Shown piece by piece: positions 21,750-31,292 of a DNA stretch of 64,000 nt. The notes below the pieces were generated by a model. The model was not told the DNA's origin and searched no databases. It saw only the letters and a program-made list of their open reading frames with translations. The DNA is from Rikenella microfusus (GTDB taxonomy: Bacteria > Bacteroidota > Bacteroidia > Bacteroidales > DYQK01). The number at the start of each line of letters is the position of its first letter. Positions within the stretch are counted from its first letter, which is position 1. The stretch spans positions 5,630 through 69,629 of the forward strand of contig DYQK01000001.1 of assembly GCA_020719385.1 (NCBI GenBank), read 5' to 3'. Made by a program: the position numbers and the translations under genes.

Positions 21750-23051
21750 ATGAATCAGAGAATAAACATTTTTCGAAGTTTAAAAAATAAAATTTCTCAA
21801 AAAATTTCGCGAAATATTTTAGTTTTCGAGAATTTTCGTATTGCTTTCGCTTCCATTCGGTCTAATGCGTTGCGAAGTGTGTTGACAATTTTAATTATTA
21901 CCATCGGAATTATGGCATTAGTCGGAATTTTGACCGCCATTGATGCAATAAAAAATTCTATCAACAGCGAATTCTCAAGAATGGGGGCAAATACTTTCAC
22001 AATTACCTCGCGAGGAATGCACATACAAATCGGCGATAATCGTTATCGCACCAAAAATCACGCTGCCATTTCGCATCGCGAGGCTGAACGTTTTAAAAAC
22101 GAATTTGATTTTCCTGCCTCAGTCGCTCTCAGCACGCGAGCAACAGGCACAGGAACGGTGAAATATCTCTCTTTAAAAACCAATCCCAATATTCCCGTTT
22201 TGGGTGTTGATGAGAATTTTTTGTTCAATTCAGGTAATGAAATCGAAAAAGGGAGAAATTTTACACAGCAGGAAGTGCGAGATGGGAAAAATTACGTTGT
22301 TGTCGGGACAGATATTGTTACTACACTTTTTAAAAATAACGAAAATCCTATTGACAAAGTGGTTTCTATTGGAAATGGGAAGTATCGAATTGTTGGAATT
22401 TTAAAAAAACGCGGTTCAAGTATGGGTGGAAATGAGGATAAAATTTGTTTTATTCCTTATACGAATGTGCGACAATATTTTCCACAACCCAATATGACTT
22501 ATAGAATCAGTGTTAAACCGCAGCAAAGTTATATGATGGAAGCGGCAATTAGCGAGTCTGAAGGTTTATTTCGCGTGATTCGTGGTTTATCTGTGAAGGA
22601 TGAAAGCGATTTTAACATCGTAAAAAGCGATAATTTAGCAAATTTGTTACTCGAAAATATTCGTTATGTGACGGTTGCGGCAACTTTGATAGGAATAATT
22701 ACGTTATTTGGTGCGGCTATCGGTTTAATGAACATCATGTTAGTCGCTGTTGCTGAACGCACAAGAGAAATTGGTACGCGAAAAGCCATCGGTGCAACGT
22801 CAAAAACGATTAAACAACAATTTCTCTTCGAAGCCATTCTTATCGGTCAACTTGGCGGTTTTTTTGGAATCTTACTCGGCATTCTTATCGGTAATATGGT
22901 TTCGATGATGGTCAGTACTGCGTTTATTATTCCTTGGATGTGGATCTTCGGCGGCGTAATTTTGTGTTTGGGAGTAAGTCTTGCGTCAGGTTTGATGCCC
23001 GCTATAAAAGCGTCAAAGTTAGACCCGATCGAAGCCCTTCGATATGAATAA
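21750..23051 (+). CDS. ABC transporter permease, MacB/FtsX family
   Basis: RSVLTILIITIGI, NIMLVAVAERTREIG, LDPIEALRYE. Confidence 0.92.
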   Translation: MNQRINIFRSLKNKISQKISRNILVFENFRIAFASIRSNALRSVLTILIITIGIMALVGILTAIDAIKNSINSEFSRMGANTFTITSRGMHIQIGDNRYRTKNHAAISHREAERFKNEFDFPASVALSTRATGTGTVKYLSLKTNPNIPVLGVDENFLFNSGNEIEKGRNFTQQEVRDGKNYVVVGTDIVTTLFKNNENPIDKVVSIGNGKYRIVGILKKRGSSMGGNEDKICFIPYTNVRQYFPQPNMTYRISVKPQQSYMMEAAISESEGLFRVIRGLSVKDESDFNIVKSDNLANLLLENIRYVTVAATLIGIITLFGAAIGLMNIMLVAVAERTREIGTRKAIGATSKTIKQQFLFEAILIGQLGGFFGILLGILIGNMVSMMVSTAFIIPWMWIFGGVILCLGVSLASGLMPAIKASKLDPIEALRYE

Positions 23052-23149
23052 TTGGTTTTTGGTAAAAAAAAGAAAAAATTTGAAAAATGATTAATTTTTT
23101 ATAATTTTGTAGCCCCAAAATTTGCGAATTTTTTGGGAAAAATTATTTT

Positions 23150-25621
23150 TTGGAAAAAATGCAAGATATTTTATCTAAAATGGAGGAAATTTTTGATGGT
23201 ATGGATGCAGAAATTACTGTTATTCCTTTAAACGACCCTGAAACAAAGGACGACATGTTCGAAAAAACTCAATTACCGATTCTCCCAATACGAAATACGG
23301 TTTTGTATCCGCAAATGGTTATTCCGATTTTTATTAATCGCGAGAAATCTATGAATTTAGTCAGAAGCGTTTATAAAACTGACAAAATTATTGGGGTAGT
23401 TACGCAAAGAGACATCAATAACGAGGATCCAAGAACCGATGATTTATATAATATCGGTACGGTGGCTCGAATTTTAAAAATTTCAGAAGTAAACGATGAC
23501 ACAATTTCTGTGTTGGTTCAGGGGAAGAAACGTTTTTTTATCAAAGAAATGTTGACTGAAGAGCCGTATTTTTCGGCAGAAGTTGAATTTTTGTCTGATG
23601 ATATTCCTGATGAAACCGATTCTGAATTTGAAGCAATGACAGGTGCGTTGAAAGATTTGTGTATCAAAGTGGTTCAACTCTCGCCGCACATTCCATCTGA
23701 GGCTGTTATGGCAATCCGAAATATCGAAAGTCCGATTTTTTTAATTAATTTTGTCAGTTCCAATGTTGATGTGGAATTGGTGGAAAAGCAACATTTTCTC
23801 GAAATGGATAATATTCGGGAAAAAATAGGAACTCTTTTGCGTTATCTTTCGCGCGATGTGCAGAAATTACAACTCAAAAGCGATATTCAAAACAAAGTTC
23901 ACGAGGAATTAGACCGTCAGCAGCGGGAATATTTTCTGAATCAGCAGATAAAAACCATACAAAACGAGTTAGGTGGAAGTCCTCTTGATTTGGAAATTGA
24001 AGCGTTAGAGGAAAAAGCAGCAAAGAAAAAATGGCATAAAGCAACTTTCGAAGTTTTTAAACGCGAATTGGAAAAGTTAAAGCGAATACACACGCAATCT
24101 CCCGAACATTCGTATCAATTAAATTATGTTCAGACTCTTGTTGAACTTCCTTGGAACGAATTTACAAAAGACAATTTTGACTTACATCGGGCGGCGAATA
24201 TTCTCAACGAGGATCATTTTGGTTTGGAAAAAGTGAAAGAACGAATTTTGGAACATCTTGCTGTTTTGAAACTCAAAAAAAGTATGAAAGCACCGATTTT
24301 GTGTCTCTTTGGTCCTCCTGGGGTCGGAAAAACTTCGCTTGGGAAATCCATCGCAAGAGCCTTAGGACGCAAGTACGTAAGAATATCTCTCGGCGGACTT
24401 CATGACGAGGCAGAGATTCGCGGACACAGAAAAACTTATGTCGGAGCAATGCCGGGAAGAATTATTCAGAATCTTAAACGCATTCAGTCTTCGAATCCTG
24501 TTTTTGTGTTGGATGAAATCGATAAAATCGGGCATGATTTTCGCGGCGATGCGTCTTTTGCGTTGCTTGAAGTTCTTGACCCCGAACAAAACGCAAATTT
24601 TTACGACAATTATCTCGAATTGGAATATGATTTGTCAAAAATTTTGTTCATCGCTACTGCAAATTCAACTGCCGATATTAAACCTGCGTTGCGCGACAGA
24701 ATGGAAATGATAAATATCACAGGTTATGTGGTTGAGGAAAAAATCGAAATCGCAAAAAGACATTTAATTGAGAAGCAACTTGAGGAAAACGGCATAAAAT
24801 CTGCGAATCTTGAGTTTTCTGACGAAACACTTGCGTTTATTATTGATATTTACACAAAAGAATCGGGTGTGCGAGAGTTGGAAAGACAAATTGCAAAGAT
24901 TTGTCGCAAGATGGCAAAGAAAATTGCGTTGAAAGAATCGTATAAACCTCAAATTTCGATTTCTGATGTTACTGAAATGCTTGGAATTTCGAAATATGAA
25001 AAAGAGAAATATGAAAATAATGATTTTGCAGGTGTCGTTGTCGGACTTGCTTGGACTGCGGTGGGCGGAGAAATTCTTTTTGTCGAAACTTCTTTGAGTA
25101 AAGGTGCAGGAAAACTCACTTTGACAGGAAATTTAGGTGACGTAATGAAGGAATCAGCCGTTTTGGCACTCGAATATATAAAATCGAATGCGAAAATGTT
25201 TAACATTGATGAGAAAATGTTTAAATTTTTGAACGTTCACATACATATTCCTGAGGGTGCAATTCCCAAAGATGGACCGTCGGCAGGAATAACTATCGCA
25301 ACTTCGTTGCTCTCAGCATTTACGCAGCGAAAAGTTCGCAGCAATTTAGCGATGACAGGTGAGATAACATTGCGTGGAAAAGTCTTGGGTGTCGGCGGAA
25401 TAAAGGAAAAAATTCTTGCAGCAAAACGCGCAAACATTACCGATATTATTTTGTCAGAGGAAAATCGCAAACACATTACAGAAATCAACAAATTGTATCT
25501 CAAAGGTTTAACGTTTCATTACGTTAAAACGATTCAGGAGGTTTTCGATATTGCTTTGTTGAACGAGAAGGTTTCGAATCCACAAATTTTCGATTTTTCT
25601 TCGAAAAAAGAAACGAAATAA
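23150..25621 (+). CDS. lon: ATP-dependent Lon protease
   Basis: GPPGVGKTS, PKDGPSAG (catalytic Ser), GGIKEK; ATG at 23159 is an alternative start. Confidence 0.98.
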   Translation: MEKMQDILSKMEEIFDGMDAEITVIPLNDPETKDDMFEKTQLPILPIRNTVLYPQMVIPIFINREKSMNLVRSVYKTDKIIGVVTQRDINNEDPRTDDLYNIGTVARILKISEVNDDTISVLVQGKKRFFIKEMLTEEPYFSAEVEFLSDDIPDETDSEFEAMTGALKDLCIKVVQLSPHIPSEAVMAIRNIESPIFLINFVSSNVDVELVEKQHFLEMDNIREKIGTLLRYLSRDVQKLQLKSDIQNKVHEELDRQQREYFLNQQIKTIQNELGGSPLDLEIEALEEKAAKKKWHKATFEVFKRELEKLKRIHTQSPEHSYQLNYVQTLVELPWNEFTKDNFDLHRAANILNEDHFGLEKVKERILEHLAVLKLKKSMKAPILCLFGPPGVGKTSLGKSIARALGRKYVRISLGGLHDEAEIRGHRKTYVGAMPGRIIQNLKRIQSSNPVFVLDEIDKIGHDFRGDASFALLEVLDPEQNANFYDNYLELEYDLSKILFIATANSTADIKPALRDRMEMINITGYVVEEKIEIAKRHLIEKQLEENGIKSANLEFSDETLAFIIDIYTKESGVRELERQIAKICRKMAKKIALKESYKPQISISDVTEMLGISKYEKEKYENNDFAGVVVGLAWTAVGGEILFVETSLSKGAGKLTLTGNLGDVMKESAVLALEYIKSNAKMFNIDEKMFKFLNVHIHIPEGAIPKDGPSAGITIATSLLSAFTQRKVRSNLAMTGEITLRGKVLGVGGIKEKILAAKRANITDIILSEENRKHITEINKLYLKGLTFHYVKTIQEVFDIALLNEKVSNPQIFDFSSKKETK

Positions 25622-25642
25622 TTTTGCCTTTTCAGTTAATAT

Positions 25643-25675
25643 AACCTTTTCATTGTTTTAAACGATGAAAAGGTT
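25643..25675. terminator. Hairpin after lon (palindrome family 2)
   Basis: AACCTTTTCATTGTTT-T-AAACGATGAAAAGGTT. Confidence 0.65.
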
Positions 25676-25727
25676 TGTCGGTTTTGGAAGCGATTCTTTT
25701 GAAAAATTAACACAGAATATAGAATTG

Positions 25728-25757
25728 ACTTCAACAAATACATTTATTTGTTGAAGT
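25728..25757. repeat. Perfect 13-bp inverted repeat
   Basis: ACTTCAACAAATA-CATT-TATTTGTTGAAGT. Confidence 0.85.
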
Positions 25758-25914
25758 ATTTGGTTACAATGCCAACGTAACGGCATTTCAGAAAGAAATA
25801 CAAAAAAGAGGAATATCTTGAGGCTGCAAAAAAAGAATTCGGTGAAATAGAAACAGAATAAAATTAATTTTTCAAAAAAAATAGCGACAAATTTTAATTT
25901 GCCGCCACAAAGAT

Positions 25915-27369
25915 TTAATTTTTTAATTCCTTTTCAACAATTTCTTTGTCATCGAAAGGAAATTTCACGCCGTTAATTTCTTGATAATTTTCATGTCCTT
26001 TTCCAGCAATTAAAATGACGTCATTTTTTCGAGCCAAATGACAAGCCATTTTTATTGCCTCGCGTCTGTCTGTAATTTTAAATGTCTTCTTAACATCTTG
26101 ATTATCAAGTCCTTGAAACATTTCCTCAATAATTTCTTCAGGTTTTTCTGTCCGCGGATTGTCGGAAGTTAAAATCAAAATATCGCTATTCTCAGCAGAA
26201 ATTTTTGCCATTATTGGTCGTTTTGTCCTATCGCGGTCGCCGCCTGCACCCACAAGAGTGATGAGTTTGGTCTCTTGATTTCTCATTTCGTTGATAGTTT
26301 GCAACACATTTTGCAACGCATCAGGAGTGTGTGCGTAATCAACAATTGCGGTAATATCGGCAAAATGCACCGTTTCGAAACGTCCCGCTACGGGCTGGAG
26401 TTCTGAAATGATTCGCAAAACTTCATTTTTTTCTTGTCCCAAAAGAATTGCCGCCGAATAAATCGCAAGCAAATTATATGCGTTAAATGTTCCAATTAAA
26501 TGCGTCCAAACTTCTACATTATCAAGCACTAACAACATTCCGTCAAAGTGTTTCTCCAAAATTTTTGCTTTAAAATCAGAAATTGACTTCAAAGAATACT
26601 CAAATTTTTTTGCTTTTGTGTTTTGCAACATAATTTTTCCGTTCTTGTCGTCAGAATTTATCAATGCGAAAGCAAATTCGGGCAAATTATCGAAAAAAGT
26701 TTTCTTCGCTTTGATATATTCCGCAAAAGTTTTGTGATAATCCAGATGGTCGTGAGTAATATTCGAAAAAATTCCGCCCGCAAAAGTTAACCCCGAAATG
26801 CGATGTTGAACCACAGAATGCGAACTAACTTCCATAAAAGCAAATTCGCAATTTTGTTTTACCATTTCATTTAACCAAAAATTAAGCGAAATTGCATCGG
26901 GAGTTGTGTGCGTGGCAGGAAATTCTTGCTCATTAACGTAATATTTCACCGTCGAGAGACAGCCAACTTTGTAATCAAGTTTCAAAAACATCCGATACAA
27001 AAGCGTTGCGGTGGTTGTTTTGCCGTTAGTTCCCGTTACTCCGACAAGTTTTAACTTTTTCGATGGAAAATCATAAAACGCAGTTGCGATTTTTCCTAAA
27101 CTTTCAGAAACATTTTTCACCAAAATAAAAGTAACTTTTTCAGAAATATTTGCGGGCAATTTCTCGCACAAAATGGCTGCTGCTCCGTTTTTGATAGCCG
27201 AGTCAATAAAAGTGTGTCCATCAACTTGTGTGCCTGAAATTGCAGCAAAAAGACAATTTTTGTTTACTTTTCTCGAATCTATTTCGATTTTTTCTATCAA
27301 AATTTCCGAATTTCCCAAAATTTTTGAAATTTTAATTTGAGATAATAAGTACGTTAATTCTTTTTTCAT
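25915..27369 (-). CDS. murE: UDP-MurNAc-L-Ala-D-Glu--meso-DAP ligase
   Basis: GVTGTNGKTT, HTTPD, MEVSSH, DYAHTPD, DNPR (meso-DAP type), GKGHE; start moved to MKKELT. Confidence 0.97.
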   Translation of the reverse strand: MKKELTYLLSQIKISKILGNSEILIEKIEIDSRKVNKNCLFAAISGTQVDGHTFIDSAIKNGAAAILCEKLPANISEKVTFILVKNVSESLGKIATAFYDFPSKKLKLVGVTGTNGKTTTATLLYRMFLKLDYKVGCLSTVKYYVNEQEFPATHTTPDAISLNFWLNEMVKQNCEFAFMEVSSHSVVQHRISGLTFAGGIFSNITHDHLDYHKTFAEYIKAKKTFFDNLPEFAFALINSDDKNGKIMLQNTKAKKFEYSLKSISDFKAKILEKHFDGMLLVLDNVEVWTHLIGTFNAYNLLAIYSAAILLGQEKNEVLRIISELQPVAGRFETVHFADITAIVDYAHTPDALQNVLQTINEMRNQETKLITLVGAGGDRDRTKRPIMAKISAENSDILILTSDNPRTEKPEEIIEEMFQGLDNQDVKKTFKITDRREAIKMACHLARKNDVILIAGKGHENYQEINGVKFPFDDKEIVEKELKN

Positions 27370-27475
27370 TTTTAACTGAAATTTTTTGCAAAAGTAAAAA
27401 TATTTCGCATATCTAAAAGTCAATTAGAAAATAAATTTTGAGATTTTTTAAAATTTTTTCTGTAAAAAAAAAGTT

Positions 27476-27514
27476 TAAATTCTGTCAAATTTTTTCAAAA
27501 TCTGACAGAATTTA
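27476..27514. repeat. REP-like palindrome, family 1, copy C
   Basis: TAAATTCTGTCAAATTTT-TTC-AAAATCTGACAGAATTTA immediately past the ccoP stop. Confidence 0.8.
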
Positions 27515-27515
27515 T

Positions 27516-28052
27516 TTATTCCTGAACACCTTGCGGCGGTTTTGCATTGGCAGGATTTGAACCTTTGATTTTTAATAAAATATAACTCACTACCATAAGT
27601 GCTTGATTATCCGACATTTGCGAATTAAACGCAGGCATTCCCTTTTCTTGAAAACCATATTTGATAGTTTTAAAAACTTGCGTTGGTTTTCCACCGTGAA
27701 TCCAAGAATTATCTGCCAAATTCGGACCAATAGCATTTCCCTCGCCCAAATTTCCGTGACAACTGGCACAAGTTTTTTCGACAAATAATTCTTTTCCTTT
27801 TTCTAAACTTTCGTTATCCGAGAGAAGTGAAAAATTATTCTCATCAAAATTTGAGACAGATTTAGTTTTTTGAAACTGCGAAATAGCGGCTTCATATTCG
27901 GCTTCTTGCAATTTTCCTTGAAAAAATACGTGAAAATGTACAAAATAAATCACTGCCGCAAAAACCGTTACGACAAACAAATACGTTATCCAACGCGGAA
28001 TAGAATTGTCTAACTCTTGAATTCCGTCAAAAGAATTTTCTGAATCTTCCAT
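27516..28052 (-). CDS. ccoP: cbb3-type cytochrome c oxidase subunit III, monoheme
   Basis: FDGIQELDNSIPRW N-terminus, TM helix, CASCH, GPNL, WIHGG, GMPAF. Confidence 0.9.
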   Translation of the reverse strand: MEDSENSFDGIQELDNSIPRWITYLFVVTVFAAVIYFVHFHVFFQGKLQEAEYEAAISQFQKTKSVSNFDENNFSLLSDNESLEKGKELFVEKTCASCHGNLGEGNAIGPNLADNSWIHGGKPTQVFKTIKYGFQEKGMPAFNSQMSDNQALMVVSYILLKIKGSNPANAKPPQGVQE

Positions 28053-28055
28053 ATT

Positions 28056-28220
28056 TTAATTATTTTCGTCAAAAGGAAGTTGAGAATATCGATTCAAAAC
28101 ACTTTTTTTCATAAAAAATGTTAAAATAATTAAAAAAACAAAAACAATAATTAAAAAAATTAACGACAAAATGGCAAAAAATTCAATATTCGCAATTTCC
28201 TGTAGATAAGAATTTAACAT
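28056..28220 (-). CDS. ccoQ: cbb3-type oxidase subunit CcoQ/FixQ-like
   Basis: 54 aa with one TM, ends SQLPFDENN, directly upstream of ccoP. Confidence 0.7.
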   Translation of the reverse strand: MLNSYLQEIANIEFFAILSLIFLIIVFVFLIILTFFMKKSVLNRYSQLPFDENN

Positions 28221-28563
28221 TTTCGCTTTTTTTGAAAATACAAAATTAAACAATTTTTTCAATTTAAAAAAGAGATATTATTTTTTCGAAAAATTTTTGA
28301 GAAAAATTGAGAAATTTCACAAAAAACAGAAAAATTGGGTGAAAAATGAGAAAAAATTCGATTTTTTAGCAAAAAATGATAAAAACTTAATTTTCGTTTA
28401 ATCTCTTGATTTTCAATATTTTAACTAAAAATCAAGAATTTTTGCGAAAAAAATTTAAAAAAAAAATCATTTTTTTCTCATTGATAATCAATGAGTTGTG
28501 ATTTTTTTTGAAAAAAAATGAAAAAAAGTTGAGAAAAAATTTGGTGGTTTCAAATAATGTTTT

Positions 28564-28573
28564 TATATTTGCA
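28564..28573 (+). promoter_or_regulatory. -7 promoter box for tRNA-Asp
   Basis: TATATTTGCA, with TTTG about 20 nt upstream. Confidence 0.75.
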
Positions 28574-28629
28574 ACGTCAAAATGAAAAAGCGAATATTGA
28601 TAAAAAAAATTCGTTTTAAAGTTCAAAAC

Positions 28630-28703
28630 GGTCGGGTAGTTCAGTTGGTTAGAATGCCGCCCTGTCACGGCGGAGGTCGCGGGTTCGAGTCCCGTCCAGA
28701 CCG
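28630..28703 (+). tRNA. tRNA-Asp (GTC)
   Basis: Cloverleaf; anticodon arm CCGCC-CTGTCAC-GGCGG; T-loop TTCGAGT; CCA not encoded. Confidence 0.97.
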
Positions 28704-28710
28704 CTTCATA

Positions 28711-28750
28711 AACAAAGGTTCGTAACGGATGAGTTGCGAACTTTTTTGTT
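28711..28750 (+). terminator. Terminator after tRNA-Asp
   Basis: GTTCGTAAC-GGATGA-GTTGCGAAC followed by T6. Confidence 0.75.
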
Positions 28751-28761
28751 TTCTCACGATA

Positions 28762-28798
28762 AAAAATTGTCAGATTTTGAAAAAACTTGACAATTTTT
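28762..28798. repeat. REP-like palindrome, family 1, copy D
   Basis: AAAAATTGTCAGATTTT...AAAACTTGACAATTTTT. Confidence 0.75.
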
Positions 28799-28820
28799 AA
28801 CTTTTCTCAATATTTGAGAA

Positions 28821-29702
28821 TTATTTTGCGACAAAAATTTGGTTTTGTTTAGATTTATGAACCGTCAAGACATCAATAGTGCCTTTTTCGGGGATAAATT
28901 TTTGAAAATTATTGAGAGAAATATTTTTTCCTGTCTTGCTGTCAAAAAGAAAATATTCTAAAGATTCAAAAAAATCTGAAAAATCTTTGAATGTTAAATT
29001 TTTTTCCTGCAAAATATATAAACCCATTTCAAAGATTATCAATGGTTTATGAATTTCGAGAATTTTTCTTGCCCCTCGAAGAACGTTTATTTCGTAGCCG
29101 TCAGTGTCAATTTTTATAAAATCAACTTTTTCCAAGTGTTGCGAGACAAAAAAATCATCAAGCGATATTGACGGCACTTCTTCTGTGTTTTGAATAGTTC
29201 CGCCGTGAAGTGGATGCGTGTTTTCGAATTTTTTTCCACTGATATCCCAACTCGAATATGCCGTTAACAAACTTTTTTCTGAACTTTTTTCCGACACAAA
29301 ACATTGATTTACAACAATTTGCGGAGATAAATTTTCATTTAACTCAATATTTCGTTTAAATTTTTTCAACGCATAATGTGTTGGTTCGAAAGAAAAGACT
29401 TTACTTTTAGGAAAATTTTTTGCAAATTGCAAAGTCATAATTCCAAAATTTGCCCCGACATCGAAGATGACAGGATTTTCGGAGAGTTTTAAAAACGAAT
29501 TTTTCGAAACGTGAGACTGAAAATTGCCAAACAAAAACAACGACAAATCAAGTCCTTCGTTCAAATGCACCTCAAAGCGAATTTTTGACCTTTCAATAAT
29601 ATACGATGGTTTTCTGAAAAAAATTTTAACCATTCGATATAAAATTTTCGCAAAACTCAATTTAATTAACGTTAAAGGCAATTTTCGAAACAAACTTTTC
29701 AT
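28821..29702 (-). CDS. FkbM-family SAM-dependent methyltransferase
   Basis: FDVGANFG, FEP, ISLDDF, FIKIDTDGYE; start moved to MKSLF at 29702. Confidence 0.9.
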   Translation of the reverse strand: MKSLFRKLPLTLIKLSFAKILYRMVKIFFRKPSYIIERSKIRFEVHLNEGLDLSLFLFGNFQSHVSKNSFLKLSENPVIFDVGANFGIMTLQFAKNFPKSKVFSFEPTHYALKKFKRNIELNENLSPQIVVNQCFVSEKSSEKSLLTAYSSWDISGKKFENTHPLHGGTIQNTEEVPSISLDDFFVSQHLEKVDFIKIDTDGYEINVLRGARKILEIHKPLIIFEMGLYILQEKNLTFKDFSDFFESLEYFLFDSKTGKNISLNNFQKFIPEKGTIDVLTVHKSKQNQIFVAK

Positions 29703-29718
29703 AAAAAAATGTTTAAAC

Positions 29719-29744
29719 TTGTCAGATTCAGAAAAATTTGACAA
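29719..29744. repeat. REP-like palindrome, family 1, copy E
   Basis: TTGTCAGATT-CAGAAA-AATTTGACAA. Confidence 0.75.
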
Positions 29745-29750
29745 ATATTT

Positions 29751-30602
29751 TTAATTTTTTGGTAAATCTACAGGAATAAAATGTCGATGCAGCCCCAATG
29801 TTTTTTCGTCAATTCCGACAGCCAAACCAATTGCTTGCGTGAGATAAAGCACAGGGATTTTGCAAGATTTTCCCATCGCTTTTTCGATTTCAGGTCTTCG
29901 CATATCCAGATTTGCGTGGCACATCGGGCAAGCAACGATAATTGCCTCCGCACCGCGGCTAACTGCGTCTTCGAGAATTTTGGCAGACAACTTTGCGACA
30001 ACATCGGTTTTCGAAACCGACAAACCTGCGCCGCAGCATTCAGTTTTCATTGCCCAATTGATGGGTGTTGCTCCGAGAAGGGTTAAAATTTTTTCCATTG
30101 ACTGCGGATTTTCCACTCTGTCGAAGTGCAAAACTTTTTCAGGACGCACCAAGAGACAACCATAATAACACGCAACCTTATTTTTCAACGGTTTCACAAT
30201 TTTTTTCTCTAAATTTTCCAAAAAATATAAATTAATCATCTGAATAACATTTAAAATTGTCCCGCTTGCGTTATATTTTGCTTCAATAATTTCCTGAATT
30301 TCGTTTCGCAAAGAAATGTTATGCCGCAATTCGTGTTGCGTTACCGACAAACGACTATAACAAGCCGCACAGGGTACGACTAACTCGTGCAAATTATCTC
30401 TTTCAGCCGCTGCCAAGATTCTTGCGGGCAATGCCAATGACAATTTTTTGTTTAAATTATGTGCTGCTGTTGCTCCGCAACAATTCCAGTCTGAGATTTG
30501 CTGCAATTCTATGCCAAAAAACTTTGCAAGTGCTTCGACAGATTCGAAATATTCGCGTGCAGAGCCTGTTAAGGAACAGCCAGGATAAATTCCAAGTTTC
30601 AT
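29751..30602 (-). CDS. hdrB: Heterodisulfide reductase subunit B
   Basis: Two CCG domains: YPGC, WNCCG, CAAC, YYGC, ECCG, CPMC; start moved to MKLGIYPGC. Confidence 0.93.
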   Translation of the reverse strand: MKLGIYPGCSLTGSAREYFESVEALAKFFGIELQQISDWNCCGATAAHNLNKKLSLALPARILAAAERDNLHELVVPCAACYSRLSVTQHELRHNISLRNEIQEIIEAKYNASGTILNVIQMINLYFLENLEKKIVKPLKNKVACYYGCLLVRPEKVLHFDRVENPQSMEKILTLLGATPINWAMKTECCGAGLSVSKTDVVAKLSAKILEDAVSRGAEAIIVACPMCHANLDMRRPEIEKAMGKSCKIPVLYLTQAIGLAVGIDEKTLGLHRHFIPVDLPKN

Positions 30603-30669
30603 AAACAAATTTTTTGTTAAATATTCGAAAAACCATATTCTTTTAACACTTGAGAAATCGAAAATTTTT

Positions 30670-31242
30670 TCATTTTTTATCAAGCGTTTTCTTAAAAATT
30701 CTTTGCAAAACAGACAAATCTTTTATTTTTTCGGGAAGTAAATGCAATTTTCCTTTGCTAAACATTTTTGGGGCAAGCATAACATCTTGCAAAAGGTTAA
30801 AAGTTTTCAATTTATAATTTTTGATTAGTCCGACCTCGTGAAGTCTGCCTGTACTTTTTACAATTTCCAAAAACGATTTATGAAAAGCGATAACATTTTT
30901 CATTTCAGGGTTTGTCTTTTCATTTTGAAAAGATTCCTGACGCAAAAAGTCCATAATCACAGGAATATCGACTTCCATCGGGCAACGAGCAATACACATT
31001 TCGCAAGTTAAACAAATCCAAATGCTTTTTGAACGCAAAATTTTATCATCCATTTGCGGAATTCGGGTTTGTAACATTCGCAAAACGACACTCGGCGGAA
31101 AATCCATTTCAGTTTCGGCAAGCGGACAACCCGCCGAGCATTTTCCACACTGATAACATCTTTCGACAGAAATTCCGCAATTTGCAAGAATTTTTCCTGC
31201 CAAAGAATCATCAATTTCGATATGATGTGCAGACGAGGACAT
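30670..31242 (-). CDS. hdrC: Heterodisulfide reductase subunit C
   Basis: CYQCGKCSAGCP and CLTCEMCIARCP; upstream of hdrB. Confidence 0.93.
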   Translation of the reverse strand: MSSSAHHIEIDDSLAGKILANCGISVERCYQCGKCSAGCPLAETEMDFPPSVVLRMLQTRIPQMDDKILRSKSIWICLTCEMCIARCPMEVDIPVIMDFLRQESFQNEKTNPEMKNVIAFHKSFLEIVKSTGRLHEVGLIKNYKLKTFNLLQDVMLAPKMFSKGKLHLLPEKIKDLSVLQRIFKKTLDKK

Positions 31243-31292
31243 AAATTTTTCGAAAAATTAATTTTGCCAAAAATACAACTTTTTTTTGAAAT

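Noticed and set aside
28486..28498. IHF-like consensus AATCAATGAGTTG upstream of tRNA-Asp
   Set aside because: Short degenerate motif expected by chance in very AT-rich DNA
29703..29744. ORF-track N-terminal extensions of FkbM (also GrpE, Rny, MurE, HdrB, LRR, cyclophilin)
   Set aside because: Most extensions run through promoter boxes, palindromes or the upstream gene; downstream ATGs fit the family N-termini better
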